A program made the position numbers and the translations under genes. From NCBI GenBank assembly GCA_003056265.1, contig NBVN01000006.1, positions 48,678 to 80,677 of the forward strand: a DNA stretch of 32,000 bases, in the 5' to 3' direction. Below the pieces are notes generated by a model. That model made no database searches and was not told the DNA's origin. It saw only the letters and a list, made by a program, of their open reading frames with translations. Below are positions 26,633-32,000 of this stretch, piece after piece. The DNA comes from Zestosphaera tikiterensis (lineage in GTDB: Archaea; Thermoproteota; Thermoprotei_A; Sulfolobales; NBVN01). Numbering within the stretch: the stretch's first letter is position 1; each line of letters opens with the position of its first letter.

Positions 26633-27478
26633 CTAGTTTATAATGAATGCACCACCTTCTTTTGATACCATTATTCTGCTTCCGACGTGTATGTTGAGTA
26701 ACATATTCTCTTTTGCTAGGATATTGCGAATTGTATCTCCGCTACAGTGTATAGCGCCAATCTTTTCGACTCCGAGAGCCTTAAGTTTTTCTACAATGGA
26801 GATACATTCCTCTTCAGATGCTCCAGCTAGGTGTAGACCACCTATTACTGTTTTAACTCTTGCGATTTTCACGGCGTTTTGAACAATATTTACGATGCCT
26901 GGGTGGCTACAGCCAACGAAGAGAATACCTCCATAGCCATTTACGTTGATTAGAAGTGATGTTTCCCATGGAGGTCCATATAAAGGCTTCAATATGTATA
27001 TACCTGGGGATATCTCAAGAGTGTTGTTCACAACTCTATTGGCGGGAGTTCCTGGAGCTCCATAGACAGCAACGCTATTTGCGTTTAACGCCTGCAGACC
27101 TCCGACATGATCTCCATGTTCATGGCTTAAAACGACAACGTCTATCCTAGATAGGTTAACACCAAGCCTTTCAGCATTATACCTTAAAACATTTGGTGAA
27201 GGACCTGTATCGAAGAGTATCTCCATATCAGGTATTCTAATATATATGCTTAAGCCCCAAGCAGTAAGAAGATTAGAGTTAGACAGACTAGGAGTATTAT
27301 CAACTACAACAACAGCCTCCACCCACCCAACACCACCTCTAGGAGACGTTGATACAGTTACCTGACTCTGCTCAAATCTATGATGTAATACAAAATACGA
27401 TATGGATATGAATATAAAGCCTATTAACACCAAAACTATAACCATAATTACTAAGTTAACATTCGTCTCATTCACCAA
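26633..27478 (-). CDS. membrane-anchored metallo-beta-lactamase-fold hydrolase
   Basis: HxHxDH motif (LSHEHGDHVGGL) and an N-terminal TM helix (LVIMVIVLVLIGFIFISISYFVL). Confidence 0.85.
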   Translation of the reverse strand: MVNETNVNLVIMVIVLVLIGFIFISISYFVLHHRFEQSQVTVSTSPRGGVGWVEAVVVVDNTPSLSNSNLLTAWGLSIYIRIPDMEILFDTGPSPNVLRYNAERLGVNLSRIDVVVLSHEHGDHVGGLQALNANSVAVYGAPGTPANRVVNNTLEISPGIYILKPLYGPPWETSLLINVNGYGGILFVGCSHPGIVNIVQNAVKIARVKTVIGGLHLAGASEEECISIVEKLKALGVEKIGAIHCSGDTIRNILAKENMLLNIHVGSRIMVSKEGGAFIIN

Positions 27479-27961
27479 CCTACATTCTAGGATAAACTAC
27501 TTATATTTCTTAACTTTTCTAATAAATGAGTAAAAATACTACAGAAATCAGTACGTAAACTCCATTACTAGCTTTAGGAGATTAATCTACGTTAATCTCT
27601 TTATGAACACTATATTCTTGTGGTAAATATTAAGATTATTAAGTAGAGATATGAAGATCCTTCAGGGGATTTCATATTGTTGGAGGTGATTATGTCACCT
27701 AAAGGCATTAGCAATTGCGATTGCATTACAGATAATGTATCTATAGAGAATGGTATATTCTTTAAAGATGAGAATTGGAGGAGGTTGAGAATGTTGCTGA
27801 ACGAGTGTGTGCTCAGACGTCATTATGCGTTATGGCTTGATACGCCTCCTGCGCTAATTATGCAAGTCGCAGTTACGACCTCAAAACGCGCTACTACATA
27901 CGCTTTCATCACGCACTAGGATGTTGTTTCGTTTTGACGTTTCCTCGTCTATTGATGGTGT

Positions 27962-28138
27962 TTGGAAGTTATTGATCGTTTAAGGGATGTTCTCCTATGT
28001 TTGGGTGAATTGGAGGATGCTGGCCGAGAGTCTTATAGGCACGGTGGTGCTGGCAGGCCTCCTAGAAATCCTCTTAACATATTGAAAGTCTTAGCAGTCA
28101 AGCTTGTAAGGAACCTTCAAAGCGATAGAGAGCTGTAG
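27962..28138 (+). mobile_element. IS transposase N-terminal fragment (InsH/DUF772-like), truncated
   Basis: ...GELEDAGRESYRHGGAGRPPRNPLNILKVLAVKLVRNLQSDREL* resembles the GRP..P...LK.L.....L.SDRELE motif of IS5/IS1182-type transposases. It is stopped after about 58 codons and no DDE domain follows. Confidence 0.5.
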
Positions 28139-28529
28139 AGGTGCATGTGAAGTGATCTTACTTACGATACTGTGGAAATTGTAGAATACGTAGTTAACCA
28201 TCTAAGTAAAAATGAGTTAGAAACGCCTTTAGACATTACATTCAATACTTATACTGTACTGTAAAAGGAGAATATCGCCTAAAACGTTCGGTTGGATTAC
28301 AGAGGTGGTGCCTCCAAGAAGTTATAAATTAGACCATATCAAATAAGCTTAGAAGAAGTTAAGAAAACATTAAAATTCCTTAAAAACAAACATCAAATAT
28401 ACTACACTACTATTTTAAAATATCTGGAGTTAATCGGTCGGAATGGACTTTGTTAAAACTTATGGGGGGAGGGGGGAGTATATACCTTGAACTTTATTAG
28501 AACGAAGACCCTTAGATGGTGATTTTGGT

Positions 28530-29159
28530 TTAGCCTTCTTTACAGAATGTTGCGATAATTTTAATGGCTCTATGCGGGTCTTTGAGTATGGAGCTATACA
28601 TGAATCTTCCTTTATACATGCTTTGTACGTGTTGCAGTATCCCCTCTACATACTTATCTAGTGGATGAAGTGATACAAAAGCCCATTTAATGTCTGTGAA
28701 GTCAAGTAGGGTCTTAGCCATTAAGCTGTGTTGCTTATCAAAGTACACCTTAGCCTCTATAGCCGTAACCCTCCTATCACATTCACTATGTATATCAACT
28801 ACCCATTTTATCTCAGAGTCCCCAAGCCTTAGATAGATTCTTTCCCCCCTCCTCAATATACATGTGCTTTTTAACTCCTCAGAGAGTTTCTTATAGAGCC
28901 ACTCCTCAAAGATCGTTCCAGTAATCCCTCCTGGAGCCCTAGTACCTCTTTCAACACCTTTCAACCACCCATCTCTCAACATTTCGATGAGCTCCTCCGC
29001 AAGCATTCTATCAGCATCTGTATAACTTTTGGCGTAATCTTCAAACCTCCTCAAAATCCAAAAGAACCCACAGAGCTCCGGAGATTTACCTCTATTATAG
29101 AAGGGACATAACTTTAAATCTTCCACACAACGATTTAAGAACTTACATATCAGCAACAA
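28530..29159 (-). CDS. PD-(D/E)XK nuclease-like protein with Cys-rich N-terminus (function unknown)
   Basis: 209 aa. KWVVDIHSECDRRVTAIEAKVY gives D-x12-E-x-K. Four N-terminal Cys lie within 30 residues. No adjacent methyltransferase. Confidence 0.45.
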   Translation of the reverse strand: MLLICKFLNRCVEDLKLCPFYNRGKSPELCGFFWILRRFEDYAKSYTDADRMLAEELIEMLRDGWLKGVERGTRAPGGITGTIFEEWLYKKLSEELKSTCILRRGERIYLRLGDSEIKWVVDIHSECDRRVTAIEAKVYFDKQHSLMAKTLLDFTDIKWAFVSLHPLDKYVEGILQHVQSMYKGRFMYSSILKDPHRAIKIIATFCKEG

Positions 29160-29717
29160 ACGAACCCACCCACTAGAAAACTAGTATAAATATAAATACA
29201 AATACTTTTACTTTTATAAAATTAAAGTATATGTTAGGCTTCAACCTCTTAAAGATACCTAAGGAGTTAACCGTACTTAAACACTTCGTAGGTAGTAACG
29301 TAGGAGGACGTTTACGCTGAGTTAGTGTGTAGTTATTTAAGGTGGTTAGTTTCTTTATTTAACTTTCTTCGAAATCTCTTAACGCGTACGTTACATATGC
29401 TAAGCAATTAGGTTTAATGTGTATAAGCACCTAAGGCTATAAGGAGTAGTTCTACGTAGTTCAGCTCCTAACCTCCTTCCTCACTCCACATAACTTAGCC
29501 TCACCGACAAATCTACAAACGTCATACCTTCAGTCTTTAGAAATTCTCTTAGAAGTTGAGCTTGTTACAACCTTAGTTGTTGCAGTGGTTATTTGCTATC
29601 TCCATAATAAATCTCCAAAGCCTTTCTTAAAACCTTCACCGCAGCTCAAACCCACCGTAACCTACTACTCCTTAGTAACTGAGGTTTATATAGAGTGCTT
29701 TAAAACTGGTTTAAAAG

Positions 29718-30403
29718 TTATGTTGAGCCAAAAATTATGTTAGCAAGTCTTTCTTTTATTTCTCTAGCTTTAGTCTTCATGTCCTTTATTGTGTCTTCGT
29801 TTAACTGCTCTATGGGTTCAGTTGTTGGAGTATTGCTGTCTCGTATAATTATCACGTCTGGATCGCCGCCAACAGTTACATCAACGTCTTCAGCCACCCA
29901 AGATATTATGAACGCCACCCTTTTAGCGTTCTCGAAAACATCGAGATCTTTCTTAAGCAAAAACTTAGCCAACGATGTAGCATAGGGACCTCCGTGACCT
30001 GTACATAGAAAATCCATTGCTTCTCCATATCCCACGCCGTGTATATAGTACAGCAACGCTCTACCATTAACAAGAAACTCCCTACTCGCCATCAACACTC
30101 CTATAGGCATCTCTTCCTTAACACGCTCTTTATACCTTTCAGTAAGCTCAGCTATAATATCCTCGGCAATAACTTTCATTTCATAAAGAGTATCTACACC
30201 CCGCCTACGCTGTAGCTCCGCATTAAGCAGGTAGAGAAAATCGTCTCTAATTCCTGTAAGCCCCTCAACAGCTAAAGCAACGTTACTAACTATGAAGATT
30301 TTATTGGAATATTCGGCTTCACCGCTCGAAGAACCTTTCTATCACTTCCTAAAACTACTCCATCCTTACTTCTAATACCTATTATCAGAGTCACCGTACT
30401 CAC
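29718..30403 (-). pseudogene. proteasome-beta-like Ntn hydrolase, frameshifted
   Basis: GTG 30403 gives MSTVTLIIGIRSKDGVVLGSDRKVL.., which stops at a TAG. The shifted frame continues SGEAEYSNKIFIVSNVALAVEGLTGIRDDF...YEMKVIAEDI into ORF 29718-30179 (...CTGHGGPYATSLAKFLL...). The shift must lie within about 30321-30340. Confidence 0.6.
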
Positions 30404-30556
30404 CTACTCCAAATGTTTTAAAATTCTCTGAGTAGCAATCCTCCTCCTTTTCTCCCTATTGATGAGTCTTATCAGATCTAGCGGAGTTTCTATCCTAGTG
30501 GACTTCCTCCTTCTATTAGCCTCCTTAAGCACATCGAGGGGATTTTTCATATCCAT
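30404..30556 (-). CDS. hypothetical 50-aa highly basic protein (below ORF-track cutoff)
   Basis: MDMKNPLDVLKEANRRRKSTRIETPLDLIRLINREKRRRIATQRILKHLE*. The TAG stop directly abuts the GTG start of the proteasome-like gene. Confidence 0.3.
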   Translation of the reverse strand: MDMKNPLDVLKEANRRRKSTRIETPLDLIRLINREKRRRIATQRILKHLE

Positions 30557-31193
30557 CTCCAATTCTTGCCTTTAAAGTATATCTCCATAATAATATATGG
30601 TATAACGGCATAATAATATATTAAGGTTGATAATCCGTTGAAATAAATTGATTAACAATACTACATACTTGCCCAGACTACAGCAATCCTAGAAAATAAA
30701 ATATCGCCGAGTAGCTATGATTCAACTACTTCAAGCATAATACCCTACCAGAGCGTACACAGAAGCATTATATAATTACAGCATCTCCTCAGCAAACAAC
30801 GAAACACAAGACATATAAACTTAATAAACCTCTGGAAGAGCCGAACCCTGCCCCTACACCCACATTTAAAACATAACTAAACATTACATGAAAACCTTAG
30901 AAAGTTAATTCAAGCATAAGCTAGGTTTCCGATTTCCTAAGACCGTCAACGGAAGTTAAGTGTAAATTTACACTTAAGAACAACATGACAGAACACTCTA
31001 CTTGGTTCTAAGGATCTAAGTTCTAAATAAGTAATCAAACTCACATCACGGCTATGTAGCCCTCGGAAAGCAAATTCTAACTACTGCCTAAAACTACAGA
31101 TGTTGTTAACTCATTTTCAGCATTGAGTGACTCTCAACTCTATCCTATAGATTTACCATACCTTCAGCTGGCGTCTCTTCATAAGACTTTTGG

Positions 31194-31217
31194 CTTTCAA
31201 TTCTATTTTATAGATTC
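31194..31217 (-). repeat. 24-bp repeat, copy B (inverted partner of 26346-26369)
   Basis: ctttcaattctattttatagattc is the exact reverse complement of copy A. It contains the stop codon of the truncated nitroreductase ORF. Confidence 0.9.
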
Positions 31218-31558
31218 CCCGCCTCCATACTTTGAACCCACTTCCTAACGCTTCCTTTGGGGTAGGGCTCCTTAAGCACTTTCGTAGCGTAGATTACGTG
31301 AGCTTCCTTAAGCAACTCATAAATCTTCCTACGCTTCCCCTCCGACATAACCACAACGAAAAACCACTTCTCCACACCCCCAGCTATAGGTGCCCTAACC
31401 CCAGCCTCCAAAACCTCATTAACCACATCAACAGGTAAGGGATCAGGCCTAAATACACGTACCGAAGCCCTCGAAAATATCACCTCCTTAACATCCAACC
31501 GATACAAACACCCCCAACAACACATAACGCAATCCAAGAAATTAAATCCGTGAGACAC
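31208..31558 (-). CDS. nitroreductase-family protein, N-terminal half only (probably truncated/pseudogene)
   Basis: VKEVIFSRASVRVFRPDPLPVDVVNEVLEAGVRAPIAGGVEKWFFVVV is a nitroreductase N-terminal pattern. The ORF ends after about 100 family-like residues, inside repeat copy B. The C-terminal FMN-binding half is absent. Confidence 0.6.
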   Translation of the reverse strand: MSHGFNFLDCVMCCWGCLYRLDVKEVIFSRASVRVFRPDPLPVDVVNEVLEAGVRAPIAGGVEKWFFVVVMSEGKRRKIYELLKEAHVIYATKVLKEPYPKGSVRKWVQSMEAGNL

Positions 31559-31669
31559 CCCAACCAGAGCTCCTAAGAAGCTCCTTAAGCTTTATGGAGG
31601 AGAAAGCTATGGCTAGGGTCTCAAGCTTTATTAAAACATTAAATATCTTAGGCTTGTTTTAGAGAAAAA

Positions 31670-32000
31670 TTACTTTCGTTTTATGAAGTACCCTAAAGCT
31701 ATACCTACAACCAACAATACCACAGCTACTATTCCTGTTGTAGTCCACTCTACAGCTCTTTCAGTTTTTATTATTGATGTAATCGATGGTATTGTAACAG
31801 TTCTCTCACTCATAATAGTTGTTGGAACATATGTTGTGTATGTTGTTACAACAGTTGTAGGAATCGTTGTTCTAACTGTAGTTGGAATGGTTACTGTTGT
31901 AGGAGTAGGAATAGTTGTTGTAACCGTTGTAGTCTCCCTTAATGTAGTAATTTCTTTAACCGTTGTGGTAAAGGTCTTCTCCGCAGTAACTGTTGTAGGT
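31670..32000 (-). CDS. Thr/Val-rich repetitive surface protein, C-terminal part with TM anchor (partial, continues beyond right edge)
   Basis: The minus frame is open from 32000 to a TAA at 31672-31670: PTTVTAEKTFTTTVKEITTLRETTTVTTTIPTPTTVTIPTTVRTTIPTTVVTTYTTYVPTT...WTTTGIVAVVLLVVGIALGYFIKRK*. Absent from the ORF track because it has no start in the window. Confidence 0.65.
   Translation of the reverse strand, partial: PTTVTAEKTFTTTVKEITTLRETTTVTTTIPTPTTVTIPTTVRTTIPTTVVTTYTTYVPTTIMSERTVTIPSITSIIKTERAVEWTTTGIVAVVLLVVGIALGYFIKRK

Noticed and set aside
26643-27150. Plus-strand ORFs 26643-26882 and 26956-27150
   Set aside because: They are antisense to the MBL-fold gene, which has a clear HxHxDH motif.
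27677-27919. 80-aa plus-strand ORF upstream of the IS fragment
   Set aside because: No motif and odd composition in a degraded region. It might be IS-related debris, but I cannot support a call.
28461-28476. G-run (ggggggaggggggag), considered as a G-quadruplex
   Set aside because: It has only two G-tracts, which is not enough for an intramolecular quadruplex.
29737-29985. Plus-strand 82-aa ORF, and 31232-31438 plus-strand ORF
   Set aside because: They are antisense to the proteasome-like gene and the nitroreductase fragment respectively.
1-32000. CRISPR arrays, rRNA genes and canonical tRNA genes
   Set aside because: No regularly spaced direct repeats, no T-loop (GGTTCRAATCC-like) sequences and no rRNA-like conserved blocks were seen on either strand.

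Overview
The window looks archaeal, most likely from a hyperthermophilic crenarchaeon. This rests on a tightly packed nurA-herA-mre11-rad50 operon, GTG/TTG starts, overlapping start/stop codons and GC-rich islands in AT-rich spacers. It has three parts. (1) 1-7600 is an accessory, toxin-antitoxin-like patch. It holds three different Pol-beta-type nucleotidyltransferase genes, one paired with an AbiEi-like wHTH gene and one beside a decayed HEPN remnant. It also holds a coiled-coil/PD-(D/E)XK-like protein with a 5x14-aa tandem repeat, a SagB/nitroreductase-like gene, a SAM methyltransferase, an SDR pseudogene and a candidate structured RNA. (2) 7636-26093 is the core. It starts with the DNA end-resection operon and an LD-carboxypeptidase homologue. 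A long minus-strand carbon-monoxide module follows: cooF-cooS-cooC-cooT plus a membrane-bound [NiFe] hydrogenase with formate-hydrogenlyase-like (Hyc-like) architecture. That module is preceded by an unusual radical-SAM/SPASM-like::ModE-HTH fusion gene and a divergent class-V PLP enzyme. No NuoB/HycG/CooL-type small subunit is encoded in the hydrogenase cluster. (3) 26100-32000 is a degraded, AT-rich island bracketed by a perfect 24-bp inverted repeat. It contains an MBL-fold gene, an IS transposase fragment, an orphan PD-(D/E)XK-like gene, a frameshifted proteasome-beta-like gene and a truncated nitroreductase, followed by the C-terminus of a Thr-rich surface protein. No rRNA, canonical tRNA or CRISPR array was seen. 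All family assignments come from motif reading by eye; no searches were run.
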